DNA from: Chrysomallon squamiferum
Taxonomy: Eukaryota > Animalia > Mollusca
Reading direction: 5' to 3'
DNA: 64,000 nt
Assembly: GCA_012295275.1 (NCBI GenBank)
Contig: CM022675.1
Span: 12,896,001-12,960,000 of the forward strand
Positions 1-64,000 of the stretch are shown here, in pieces; position 1 is the stretch's first letter, and each line of letters opens with the position of its first letter. Position numbers and translations under genes: made by a program. A model generated the notes under the pieces. That model was not told where the DNA came from, searched no databases, and saw nothing but the letters and a program-made list of their open reading frames with translations.

Positions 1-250
1 GTACACAACTTAATTCACCGTTCAGATTAACGTACACAGTTTATGTAAGTGTTCAGATTAACGTGTACAGTTTATGTAAGTGTTTACATTAATGTACGCT
101 ATTTAAAATAAGTGTTCAAATTAGCCTATCCAGTTTATATAAGTGTTCAGTTTAACATGCATTTTATGTAACCGTTTATATTAGAGTACAGCGCTTGTAT
201 ATCGTTCAAATTAATATTTTACATAATAGTTCATATTAACATAACAGTTT
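1..250. repeat. Degenerate ~31-bp minisatellite
   Basis: GTTCAGATTAACGTRYACAGTTTATGTAAGT at 20-50 and 51-81, with decaying copies beyond. Confidence 0.8.
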
Positions 251-420
251 TTCAAATTATCCATGTAACTCCGCTAACACTAACATATGAATTTGAAAAT
301 CAGATACGTTATTTTTAAAAACTGGGACAACCTCGCAGTTCTGTGAAAAGTAACTCTAAAGTGACTGAAATTATTTTTGTTGATATTGTTTCCATTTTAC
401 TACCGATTGGTTTTAAACAC

Positions 421-555
<135 letters not shown>

Positions 556-1585
556 ATGTATATTTTAGTATCAAAAACACCCAGAGGTACGTTATAAAAA
601 CCTCCCACACAAACCTTTAAAACAATACAGAAAAAAAAAACCACTTTAAAAAAAAAAAAAAATCATTTAAAGGAATATATATATACTCAAAAAAGTAAGG
701 TTTTCTAGTTTTGAAAATAAGAATTAAACAAGCAAAAAGCCCAGTAAAGTATAAACTACGTATAAGTTATGTACTTCCCGTGAAATGAATTGTTGATCAC
801 AACACGTACAATTTGCTTTCGGTTTATTCCGATTTGAAAGCCGTGCAGATCAACATCACAGTTATTTACCTATCGAAAAACCTTTCTTATGACGTCAGTT
901 TTATGAATACCTCTTCTGCTACACATACACATTTGTAACAAGAAAAATGAAAAAAACAAAACAAAAAAAAACTGATATTAAACTTTTCAAACATTCATAA
1001 TCGACGAGTGACTTACTAAGCCACAGCTTATGACGTAGCTTGTGACGTCAGCTACAAATAGCATATCAGATATATACAATATTCTGTAAGAAGATATATT
1101 TTATTTTTTTTCCACGCGACGTCAAACCTACAGAGGAAAAATAACAAGTTTAACGCACGTCTGTGGGATGGTATTTTCTGTTTGTTTTCTATAAAGATAT
1201 ATAAATAAAAAACAAATTCTTGAACGATCTAGGAAATAGTTTTATTGTGTGTTCCTCGTGAGAGTCTTAACACAACCGTCAGTGTTTGCGTGTTCTCTGT
1301 ATTAATTACACACTGTTTCGAATACTTCTCAGTTTTAATGACGTCGTCACATATTGCTGTCATATTTTAAACGAATTATTTCTTGTTTGTGACCTTGCTG
1401 ATAAAATATTGCAAGATCGCTAATCAAATAAGAAACTACAAACAATACGTATATGGAAAATCTTCGAATAATTTAATTTTGTTATATGTGTTATTTGTAA
1501 TATATATGTGTGATGGATAGATAGATACATGAAAATTAGTGAAAGGAAAAAAAACAGTCCGTATGTGTTTGTTTGTGTGTGTGTG

Positions 1586-1754
<169 letters not shown>

Positions 1755-2576
1755 AACTTGCTTACAAGTCGATTCTCAGTGTTAGTAATACATTTTCATT
1801 GAAACAAATTTATAATTTAGTTTTAAAATAAAATTCGAAATAATCACATAAGGAGCCGACAACTCCCCGTCCTTCATCACCTCTGTGTCAAAAATTACAA
1901 TTTTTAGAAATTCAAATCACGAAAATAAAGTTAAAAAGAAACAACAAACAAAGACCCGTATTAACAGACATTAAAAAAAAACCACACCATTTTTTTTTTT
2001 TTTTTTTTTTTAAACTTTCTGTACGAACAGAGATTTCAAAGTCAATGGTGGTGAATTATCATAGAAATATCATCTCATTTAAATAATCCTTTTGCTATTT
2101 ATTTCTTTTACATCTTAAGCAAAGTTGTATCATAGTTAATCCCAGTTCCATGTCGACTGTGGAGAATCCTGAACACTTGTGTTTATGCAGTCTCTCGATA
2201 GGCTGCTCCTATTTCAGTTATCTGTGCGACCTTCACAGAGGCCGAGCGTCGACTAAAAGAAACAATTGTTTTATGATTTATCTCAGATTGCGCACAGAGG
2301 TAACGTTCTGCTGTTGACATTCTGTCACGTTTCCGTGCAGGCTTTGGCGGTTCAGAATTATTATCTTTGATGTTTCATCATAGAGTTTGTTTTTATACCT
2401 TTCTTTCTAGCTTTTTTTTTTTTATTATTTCTGGCTTTGTTTTCTTTTTTTCTTCTTTATTTTGTTTATTGCTGTTGCAAATTTATTTTAATGCAATTTT
2501 TTTTAAAGCCAGGTAGAAATGAAAATTAATGGGTAAAGCTATAGGTGAAGAGATTCAGATGTAATGAACGAGAGAA

Positions 2577-2702
<126 letters not shown>

Positions 2703-3990
2703 ATGGATTTGTCATTATCAGTGACAGAATACGGAATAATTCTGTTGTGAATATACTGATGATATTTAAGTACGCCAGTCGTGGACAAGCTGTTTGACGT
2801 ATCAGTGCAGTGGCCACGACGGCGACTCATTGTAGAAGTATCTAGCATCGTGACACGTACACGTTAAACGTTTCAACTGATTTCACGTCTGGAATGCTAC
2901 AAAAATCACAGAGTTTGACAAGCTAGGTGAATTCCTCTTTGAGTGACGCGTGAGACGTCACTTGTCTGATTAGACAGCGAATTAACACGTGAACAGGAAT
3001 CCTTTAATTAAACACCGCGCTCCGCCACACAGGGAGTTCTTCTGTTCTTTCCAAATGATGATTCTTCTGAAGGCCAAATTGTTTCTTAACACCATCTTCT
3101 TTTTTTGCTTTCTCCTTAAATAAATTACTCACAGTGAGAGATGTAACAGAAACCTTTGTCTGTTTTCATCTCTGCTTTCACAAGAATTATGCTACATTGT
3201 ATGCAGACAATACAGCCGCACCTATTCTTGTGTTTTCAAGTATGTCGTGGTTATGTGCATCTGTGCTGTAGACAGCAAACATTGAGGTTTCTTCTCTGTT
3301 GTGTCTGTTTACTTGACATTTTTTCAAAGCAGGGATGTTAGGAATGTGTAAACAATATTGTTTCTTTTTAATAAAATATACACAGAATGCAATGTCTGTG
3401 TTGTCTCGGAAATATTCGTTTTTTGTTCATTTTCCTTTCATTATCTTTACACAGCGACCATCCTTTGTCCCAACTCCTCGCGGACAAACCACATATATTC
3501 TGTTTATTTGTAATAAAACATTCTGTAGAACTTGTAGCATACAAAATTAGCTAAATATGTTCACGCAGTTATACAAATGATGCTGTAATAGTATTATCGA
3601 TTGTTTAAGAATGTGCATAATGGATTGTAAGCCAATAATATTCAGTGTTTAGATATAAAGTAATTTGTGTTCTTCTTCGCTGGAACACAAATGAATAATA
3701 CAACTCACAGTTTTGTTATAGCAACATTTATATGTTTATGGTATTAACTGTTATTTTGCTTGTTAGTTGTTGTTGTTTTGTTTGTTTTTTTCTTGGCGAT
3801 AATCGGACACAAACTGATGTTATAGTTTATTAAAATATAAAAAGTACAACTTTCGGAACATTTTATATAATCACTGTTTGCAGTTTATTTGTTTGCAGAT
3901 ATATTGTTCGATTTACGTTTAGTAATAGTTAAACAACGACTTAATTTAAATAATTAAAAATAAATTATATTCACATTGTTGTTTCAGGCG

Positions 3991-24367
<20,377 letters not shown>

Positions 24368-24512
24368 TGACGAAAACGAGGCTCACGTGCGGGACTTAAG
24401 TGCCGAGTGAAACTGTGTGGGGGTTTTGTACAGTTCTGTTGTTTGTATATTATGTTTATTTTATACATACCAAAGTGTCTGCTTTCTTATATTTATATAC
24501 CTTTTACATGTA

Positions 24513-24518
24513 AATAAA
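24513..24518 (+). terminator. Probable polyadenylation signal of the chitinase
   Basis: AATAAA ~145 nt after the stop codon, followed by a T/GT-rich tract. Confidence 0.5.
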
Positions 24519-25283
24519 ATAATTTGTTATAAAAGAGAGTTTTCGTTTTGTTTATGATTATAGAAGAGTATATGTGAGAACAAATGTAAGCTACTAATAA
24601 CTAATAACTAACTAAATAAATTAAGTTTATAATCTGTTCAGTGTTAATAGCTCAAATTGGGTTCTTTTTTCAAAAAGCTCAGAACTGATTCATTCTCAGT
24701 CAACTCAAAACTGGTTCAGTTCTTTTCACACCAGTCTCGAGTAATCAAAATGTTGATCGATTTTACCCCCCCTAAGGCAGCGAGTGTGGGTAGGATACAA
24801 AACACAGTACGGACGCTGTATGTTTACCTTAACACTTTATACAGGTAACGAAAGAATAATTAATTACATCATGCTATAAAGATATCACTGAAACTTAAGT
24901 CGACATATCAATAAACCATGATAACATATAGTTCAGAAATTTAACAACAAAAAAATACTAATCATACAACATATATTTCTTACCAGTTCATTATACTAAA
25001 CTGAATATATCAGTGATATAGTATTCTTAAATTTAAATAAAAAATAAAACACGTTCAGTTGGTGAATAATGACGAATACTGTTCGTAAAGTGAATTTCTG
25101 TTATGAAATGCGAATATTTCACGCAATGAAACAGATATAACAGAGAACCAAAATTTCAGTTTTGATCTGAACATAACTGATAGAAAAATAGCACGCTACA
25201 ATTTAGCTCTTATTTGTCATTTTATTTAATTACTTTTTATTCCTATTCCTATTATTTATTCATTTATCTTATTTATTTATTTT

Positions 25284-25322
<39 letters not shown>

Positions 25323-25329
25323 TTTTTTA

Positions 25330-25360
<31 letters not shown>

Positions 25361-25362
25361 TT

Positions 25363-25401
<39 letters not shown>

Positions 25402-26342
25402 TTATCGAAATATACGAGACCCTTTGAATAACACGATATCCCAAAGAAGATAAACATATTGCATAACACTTGACAAACCTATGATATGAAACGAAAGATG
25501 TGATTTGAAAAAAATGTGAACTGGGACAGGGTAGTATAAGATAACACTTCTAATATTAACTCAGTAACGTTAAAGCTGTTTTATCTCGTTAGTTGTAATC
25601 ATTATATCACGCGAAATTTACGTTTAATGTAGGTTCAGGCAAGACTGTCCTGGGCACGCTGACCCAGTTCAGGGGGGGGGAACTAGAATTAATATTCCTG
25701 TTTATAAAAATAACATTAACACTCGTTCACATTGCTTCATAACGATATGACATACTACTCAGTCTGCTTAAAAAATTAAATAACCCAACACAAATAAACA
25801 AACAAAACATACATCTAAAATTACATCTGAATTAGATTAATACTGCTTTCAAATATTTTAATTTAAAACTATATTCATTATTACAATGGTTTTTGAAGTA
25901 TTACTATTTTAAAAAAATTTTTTTTTATATATATTTTTTATTTACTAAATATTAATTAATTATTAATTAATTAATTTTATTTATTTATTTTCATTTTTCT
26001 TGATAAATAATAAAAAAAAAGAACTAAATCTTTTATTTACACTTAAAGACAAAAAAAATAAAAAATAAAAAATAAAAATCTTGCAACGGCCTTTGAAAAT
26101 GTAGTCTTTCAGCCCCAAAACGTAACGTATGATTATCTTTCGCCATCATCATCATCATCATAATCATTATTTTTATTATTATTATTATCTACTTCATCAT
26201 CATCATCATCACTATCGCCATCGTCATTGTCGTCGTAATTATTATTATTCTTTTATTAATATCATCATAATTATCATCATTATACTCATCATCTTCATCA
26301 TCATAAATAGTATTATCAATGTCATCATCATCATCATCATCA

Positions 26343-26389
<47 letters not shown>

Positions 26390-26947
26390 GAATCATCACG
26401 GTCATCTGCATTTGACTCTTTCCCCGAGTTTTTCCCCCGAGTTCTGCACCACACCCTGTAAACACGTTGAGTTCTGAAAGCACAGCGAATGTCACACAAA
26501 AGTTAAAAACTGCCTGCGTACATTGGCAGGCGATATCGAGATAAAACCTCTCCTTGCTGATAGGTAGGTATGTGACGTGGTATGTCAGAACGAACAGTCA
26601 CAGTTTCTTACCCAGCTTCACAATCGAGGAGAATATATCGCACAAAATTCACCTCTGTGTCTGGACTGCAAGTCATTTTTTTTTACTCTGAAAGTCAGGT
26701 GAGATACGGATTAATTATTAATTTAATTATTTTGTTGTTGTTGTTGTTGTTATTATTGCATTGTAAAGTTAATTTCGTGCTTTCCAGCCACCCAGTTCTC
26801 GAGTGACCTAGTTCACTTGAAAGATGTTTGCATAGAAGCTGTTATCTGTCACTGAGTTATCCTGTTTATGTTAACATTGTCATCTTCATTTTACACTCAC
26901 CTTGCATGCAAACACGCACATATATAATACATACAGTATTTGGTGTC

Positions 26948-27053
<106 letters not shown>

Positions 27054-28497
27054 TCTCTGTCTCTCTCTCTCTCTCTCTGTCTGTCTGTCTCTCTGTCTCT
27101 CTGTCTCTGTCTCTTTCTCTCTCTGCATGTCTGTAATTGTGTGTGTATGTATGTAGAGTGTGTATACGTGTATGAGTGTGGCTGTGAATGTATGTATATG
27201 TATGAGCGCATGTATGTATATATATATATATGTATATGTATGTATATGTAGTTATGTGTGTATATGTATGCATATGTATGTATGTATATATGTATATGTG
27301 TCTACGTCAGTATGTATGTATATATATCTGTGTCTGTCTGTATGTCTATACATATGTATACGTGTGTGTGTCTTCCATTTTTCTCTTTTTTGTCTACTCT
27401 CATTCCCTCTTTCTCTCCGAGCATCTTATTCTTCATTCTCTCACTCTGTTTTTTTCTCCAGTTGTTTTCGTTTACATTTGGATATTTTTGAAAAAAATGT
27501 TTGTTATCTCTTCGTCTTTTGGCTCTTCAGTTATTAATAAACTATTAATCATTCTTATTCTTAAAACCGGAAATATTAATAAATAACCCATACGACAATC
27601 AAATGCTGATAACACACAAGATGCGCGTGCTTTTTGTTTTCTTTGTTTTGTTAATCTATTAACGGAATCACGGATAAAACCACAGGTAATAAAAAAAAAA
27701 AAAATCGAAGATCAGAAGAAACAGAAATTAATAGTTGATGACTCGTCGGCCATTTTGTTTTTCACACGTCACGTTTGGCTGCACTTGAGTGAATGTTAAC
27801 CGACATTTAGCTGAGAGGGAACTGCGGCCTTTCTCTAAATTAAACAAAGCTTTTAATACCAACAGCTCCGTGAATTACTGACAAATCCTCAGCGAAAATT
27901 CAATAGAAAAAATGTAAAATGCCATTCGTATTTAATATAGACGGTAACTGAGAGACAGGAAGAAACCAAAATTCTGAAAAATGTCCAGTTTTTAAGTATA
28001 AAATAATAATGATGATGACGTAACAATGAAAACAACGGTATAATAATAATAATAATAATAGTACTACTACTACTACTAATAATAATAATAACAACAACAA
28101 CAGCAGCAACACTAATAATTTAAACTACCACTACTACTATTACTACGACTAACACTACCACTACTACTACTGCAGCTTATGCCACTATTACTACTACTAC
28201 TATAAATACTTCTACTCTTAGTACTACTACTACTTTTACAACTAGTACTACACTGCTATAAATACTTCTTCTAATTCTGCTACCACTACTACTACTACTA
28301 CTATTACTACTACTACTACTATTACTACTATATATACACACTGAAATGATCGCTAAAGTATATTGTTATCTGATGGCGAAACTGCTCAGTGAGAAGACAC
28401 TTTTAATAATGAATGTTCGGAAAGGAAGAAAGAAAGGAGGTCAGACATCACAACACGAATCAATTATTTACTTTTCACTGTTTTCAGGACTCAGAAA

Positions 28498-28530
28498 ATG
28501 CTACACTCTCGATTTCTCCAGCCGAGTTAG
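28498..28530 (+). promoter_or_regulatory. Upstream ORF (MLHSRFLQPS*) in the G-alpha 5' UTR
   Basis: AAAATG at 28498, inside the exon that starts at acceptor 28487/8; ends at TAG 28528-30; same frame as the main ATG 60 nt downstream. Confidence 0.55.
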
Positions 28531-28557
28531 AAGCAGCTGCACCAGCTGTCCAGTAGC

Positions 28558-34831
<6,274 letters not shown>

Positions 34832-35552
34832 TTGGTTGATCTAGTCTGTAAAGGATTCTAATTTTTTTATTTTTTTAAATAATCTGGTTCGTGACATATT
34901 AAATATGGAGAGAGGAAATACAGAACAGTTTATAGCATGTCGTAAAAGACCTAGTTAGTTTAGAAATAAATTAAAAAACAGTGATACGTCATTAATGATT
35001 CGTGAAACAACGTGACTCTTTGAAACTGCATCACTGTATATCTTCATATTCGGTTGTGCAAATTTATAACTCCATAATCGTTTCTTTCTGTTTTATTTGC
35101 CTTTTATTTTAATTTTTATATTTTAATACGCTTCTGAGTGAATTCAAGTGTCAGGTCGTGATTTAGGAGGATTAAAACAATTTTTTTTAAAGTGTTGTGA
35201 GTAAAGAAATAACCCATCCACTCTTATCCTTTATCAATAAAACTGATCTTCATTTCCAGCGGAGATTGCTGTGCAGTTCTTGATTCGTGTGGTTAAAACT
35301 GGCGCGGACAGGTGTGTTTGTGGAGTCGTATGTCTTTGTAACAATTTTTAAATTAATTAATGATTGCTTGATACTCTTGTGTATTTTTTGTTTTTCTTTC
35401 TTTCTTTCTTCTTTTTCTTTTAACAGTCATGAATGAGTAGTTCATTTTTTTTATAAGTTTTATAACAGTTATATGTCAAATCTCATATTTAACAAATTGT
35501 GAAAGTTGTTAACTGAGCAGACGTGACTGTAATAGCTATGAAAGGTCCAGAC

Positions 35553-36205
35553 GTTAAAAATAGTTCAGACGTAACAAATCATTACTACTATAAGTTACAA
35601 ATAGTTCAGACGTAACAAATCATTACTACTATAAGTTAAAAATAGTTCAGACGTAACAAATCATTACTACTATAACAGTTAAAAATAGTTCAGACGTAAC
35701 AAATCATTACTACTATAACAGTTAAAAACAGTTCAGACGTAACAAATCATTACTACTATAAGTTAAAAAGTTCAGACGTAACAAATCATTACTACTATAA
35801 GTTAAAAATAGTTCAGACGTAACAAATCATTACTACTATAACAGTTACAAATAGTTCAGACGTAACAAATCATTACTACTATAACAGTTAAAAATAGTTC
35901 AGACGTAACAAATCATTACTACTATAACAGTTAAAAACAGTTCAGACGTAACAAATCATTACTACTATAAGTTAAAAAGTTCAGACGTAACAAATCATTA
36001 CTACTATAAGTTAAAAAGTTCAGACGTAACAAATCATTACTACTATAAGTTAAAAATAGTTCAGACGTAACAAATCATTACTACTATAACAGTTAAAAAG
36101 TTCAGACGTAACAAATCATTACTACTATAACAGTTAAAAATAGTTCAGATGTAACAAATCATTACTACTATAACAGTTAAAAATAGTTCAGACGTAACAA
36201 ATCAT
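35553..36205. repeat. 39-43-bp minisatellite, ~15.7 near-identical copies
   Basis: GTTAAAAA(TA)GTTCAGACGTAACAAATCATTACTACTATAA(CA) head-to-tail, with no unique spacers. Confidence 0.97.
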
Positions 36206-36214
36206 AGAATGCAG

Positions 36215-36330
36215 CTTCGAGAGGTAAATTTTTATGTTAAAATAAACGCAAATCACTGGACCGCGTGAAATGTTCGGTTTTTAGGGAATTCTGATTTACT
36301 CAGTGTCTGGTTTTGAGGGGTTTTACTGTA
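36215..36330 (-). mobile_element. One end of a Tc1/pogo-superfamily MITE
   Basis: Minus strand reads TA-CAGTAAAACCCCTCAAAACCAGACACTGAGTAAATCAGAATTCCCTAAAAACCGAAC: a TA target site, CAGT terminus and repeated AAACCR subterminal motifs. The partner TIR was not found. Confidence 0.5.
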
Positions 36331-37932
36331 TGTAGTACACAGGCATATAAATAAACGTGTAGACGTATATAGACGTATGTACATGCATAAATACAAATGA
36401 ACATAGATAATGATACGCTTACATAGATACAAACATACATGCATAATCCTACAGTGGCTACATATATATATATAACCCTTTTATAACATATCTTTACTAT
36501 ACCTGTATTATAAAAACAAACAAAAACACAAACTACCAAAAACAATTAATATTGAAATTTAATAAATTTAATACTGTAATACAATACTGGAAAATAAAAA
36601 CAACATCCGTAACAGACACAAAGAAACACACACACACGCACGCACGCACGCACACACACACGGCTATATTTAGTGTGTTAGGTTATCTAAGCTGTGAGTT
36701 AAAAATAGTTTTAATATTGAGATGTGTGTGCTGCATGTTTGTTCTTGTTTTGATTTTGTTGCTTTTTTATAATTTTTTATTTATTTATTTATTTATTCAT
36801 TCATTCATTATTATTATTATTTTTTTTTCTTTGTTTTGTTATAATAATCTTGATTCTGGTAATATCAATAAATACTGATTATACTAAACGATATTTTAAA
36901 AGTGCATGCAGTGAATATGTCAAACTTGTGAACAATAATCACATTATGGATTCAGAAGTAACTCAAATCCACTGATTTATCCTTGTCTAAAACAGATGTA
37001 AAAATCAGTTCTAGCTTCTTTTTAAACATCTGACGCAAGATAAATCTATAATGAGATTAAGAACAAAATATGGCAGTTATCCCAAATGTATGTAAAGTTT
37101 GATCTTCACCTTTCAGTATCCAAAAAGAAATTCTTATAAATATATTACCAACATACTGTTAATTTTATCATTTTTATTTATTATTATTATTATTATTTTA
37201 ATTTAAAATATACAGGGTATACAAAATTAAAAAATAAAATTAAAAATAAATATTATTTACTCTCATTGAATTGTCACATGTTTGATAACAATAAATCTGT
37301 TATTTATTTTCCTTTAATGTGAAGTCTCTCTGTAGATTTATATTTGTTATATCTTAATCACAATGTCTTCCAGTGAAACATACTGAATGGAACAAACACT
37401 GTCTGTGAAACATTGACTGGAACTATAAATTTCTGTGAAACACTGATAGAAACAATGAATCAGTGAAACACATAAATTTGAAACATGAGCTTTCTTTCAG
37501 TTAATGATCAGAAAAAAAAAAACATCCACTGAAACAAGAACTTGAAAAGTGAAACAGCATCAGTGAAACATGGATTCCTAAAAATGAATCACTGTAACTG
37601 CCACTGAAACACAGTCATTATTTTAATGTAACTTATAAAAGTTTTGTTACTTATTAGTGAAATAATGTTCACGAAACACATACTTCTAAACTGAAAACAC
37701 TGTACTGAAACAAAGATTCCTAAAGTAGGAACACCATAACTGAAACAAGCACTGCTGGAATGAAACAGAGTATCTTAAACAAATATCCCTAAAACGAATC
37801 ACTGTTTCTGAAAGAAAGACTTTTAGAAGTCCTACATTCGTTTTTTTTTTTTTTTTTTTTTAGGGGAATGAAACAAGGACTTCTGAAATGAAACACTGTG
37901 AGTGAAACAACAAGGGCATCACTTCCAGTAAA

Positions 37933-51933
<14,001 letters not shown>

Positions 51934-52477
51934 TTTGTTGAGTTAATAAATAGAGTTATGGCCCTTGGATGTGACGATGTAATCATCTAAAAGACGGTTT
52001 TATGTCTGGCAGTAAGACGAAGAAAAAAAAAAAATTAAATAAATAAAATAAAATAAAAAATAATAAATAAATAAATAAATAACATTTTAAAATTTTAAAA
52101 AGTATATACAAGTTCTAGCAGCCTGAAGTTATTAGATTGGTGGAAGTGTCAGTGGGCTAAATTCAGAAGAAATTACCTTGCATTTATAAATGTATATTTA
52201 CTATTTGTCTATTAATTACTTTTTATATATACATCTTTATATAAAATTTTCATTTATTTATTATTGTTGTTATTATTTTATTTCAATAATAATCATACCA
52301 AAATAACTAACAGGATGAGAGAGAGAGATCGAGAAAGAGAGAGAGAAAGAGTAAAACAACAATAAAATAAAATAATCGATGTATATTGTTTAATAGCGTG
52401 CATTCATTTACAAGTTTGTACAATATATACGTGTGTTATAGTCATCGTAAGTAATCTGCAATTTTTTATATTCTATT

Positions 52478-52556
<79 letters not shown>

Positions 52557-53056
52557 CCTCCCTCTCATACACGCAAAGGTTAACTGTAAAAGTAACTGTA
52601 TCAATACAAAGCAAGCAGGAGCATGTCTGTAATTTATGTCATTTCATGGGTCAGTATCCAAATCTTAATATACATGCGGTGTTCAGTTTAAAAAAAAAGT
52701 CTTATTGTCATGGAACACTGCACGTCAGTGCTGATAAAATCATGAATGGATAAGACTACAATGTTTGACTAAGACACAATCGAGTTTTCATAAACATAAT
52801 TACATTTGAGATAAACTGATATTGTCTGAGGGTATTAAAATAAACTGACGAAAGAAAAAATAATGCCAAAATAATATAAAGTAATAAATAGAGTAAACAA
52901 ATAAATGATTGGTAATCTCTCCTCTTCCAAAGCAGGTGGTTCGTATTTTGAAAAACTGAATTAAAGTAATTATTTTAATTCTTTATATAAATAATATAGA
53001 CGCTATCAGCTTTAACTGCAGTTCTGTTATAGACTTGAGTAATTGGTCATTAAACA

Positions 53057-53094
<38 letters not shown>

Positions 53095-53972
53095 AGAAAT
53101 ATAATGCATTTTTCCTTAAAGTTGTTTCATGTTAACGCGCCTTAACTCTATTTACAAAGTGGAAACTAAATAGTTGGAGTGTTTTTCAATGACTGTTTAG
53201 TTTTACTATCCACGGTTGGCTAAACACACTGTGACGACAGCACAAACAACTGTTGTCGTTGACTATCGCAGAAAAAAACCCTTAACAATAAATAAAGAGA
53301 TAAATGGATCACAAAAATCAAACGTTTACGACACAAACAAACCTACTCCGTGACCGAGCGTATTTTTTTTATATTTTTTGTGTTTTTGTTTATTTATCAC
53401 GTACATTCGTGACAAGGAAATTAAACAGTGTGATTTTAATCTAAGGATCGAAGTTATGCACTAAGCAGGTTAATTATTTTGGCAGTGCTCCTATAATTTT
53501 ATACCGGTTTTTGTATCGATCTTCACTGCACATTGTTCAAAGGTGAAAAGGATATACACGTTTTATGAAGACAGCACAGTAAAGTATTTCTTTTATTTTT
53601 ATTTTCCAGTGTTTTTGTGAGCTGGAATGTTGGCAAAACATTATGATTTGATATCTGCACAACACTTTATGTGTGTGAAATACAGCAGCAGTTTGTTGTA
53701 ACTGTTATTCATTTTTTTCAAACAACATTTGTACATCGTTGTCTGACAGTTTTTACTTCTATTTCGCTGATTTATTTCAAATCATTTGTGACAGGAACTC
53801 TGATTGGATACTTTACAGATTTCTTTGTAACGGGTGATGCGATTTCTTGTCATTTTAATAAGGTTTCTTCAGAACAACGGAACAAAAATAAGAATGTAGG
53901 AAACGTACGGTGACAGTGCAATATTATTAAAGTTAGTACAGTTTTTAAAAAAACGCAGTTGTCAAAGACAAA

Positions 53973-64000
<10,028 letters not shown>

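Noticed and set aside
680-1400. Possible old DNA-transposon remnant
   Set aside because: No TIR pair, target-site duplication or transposase fragment could be identified by eye; a repeat-library search is needed.
35553-36205. CRISPR-like appearance of the ~41-bp array
   Set aside because: Units are head-to-tail with no unique spacers, there are no cas genes, and the context is eukaryotic.

Overview
AT-rich, microsatellite-dense animal genomic DNA. An invertebrate, probably mollusc-like, source is inferred from gene and repeat style and is not proven. Four intron-rich genes were reconstructed by hand from splice sites and protein motifs. (1) A very large secreted GH18 chitinase (+, 3991-24367, 10 coding exons, ~1,700 aa) with signal peptide, intact catalytic motif, a 3.7-kb exon encoding a charge-segregated low-complexity linker, and a C-terminal CBM14. 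(2) A divergent Gs-class G-protein alpha subunit (+, 28558-34831, 11 exons, 428 aa) with GNAS-type intron positions but Gq/Gi-like motif changes. (3) VPS16 (-, 37933-51933, 23 exons, two U12-type introns). (4) A divergent TTC25/ODAD4-like TPR gene (+, 53973 to window end). Several exons carry indels, mostly single-base losses in homopolymers, which look like long-read consensus errors rather than real pseudogenisation. The best leads are: recurrent tandem repeats seeded from exon-intron junctions that leave decoy splice sites; the atypical G-alpha; the chitinase linker; a candidate nested antisense gene in chitinase intron 7; a TGAAACA motif cluster in the VPS16 3' UTR; and an antisense exon in TTC25 intron 1. 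Most short ORFs in the supplied track are microsatellite artefacts. No rRNA, intact tRNA or CRISPR array was seen.
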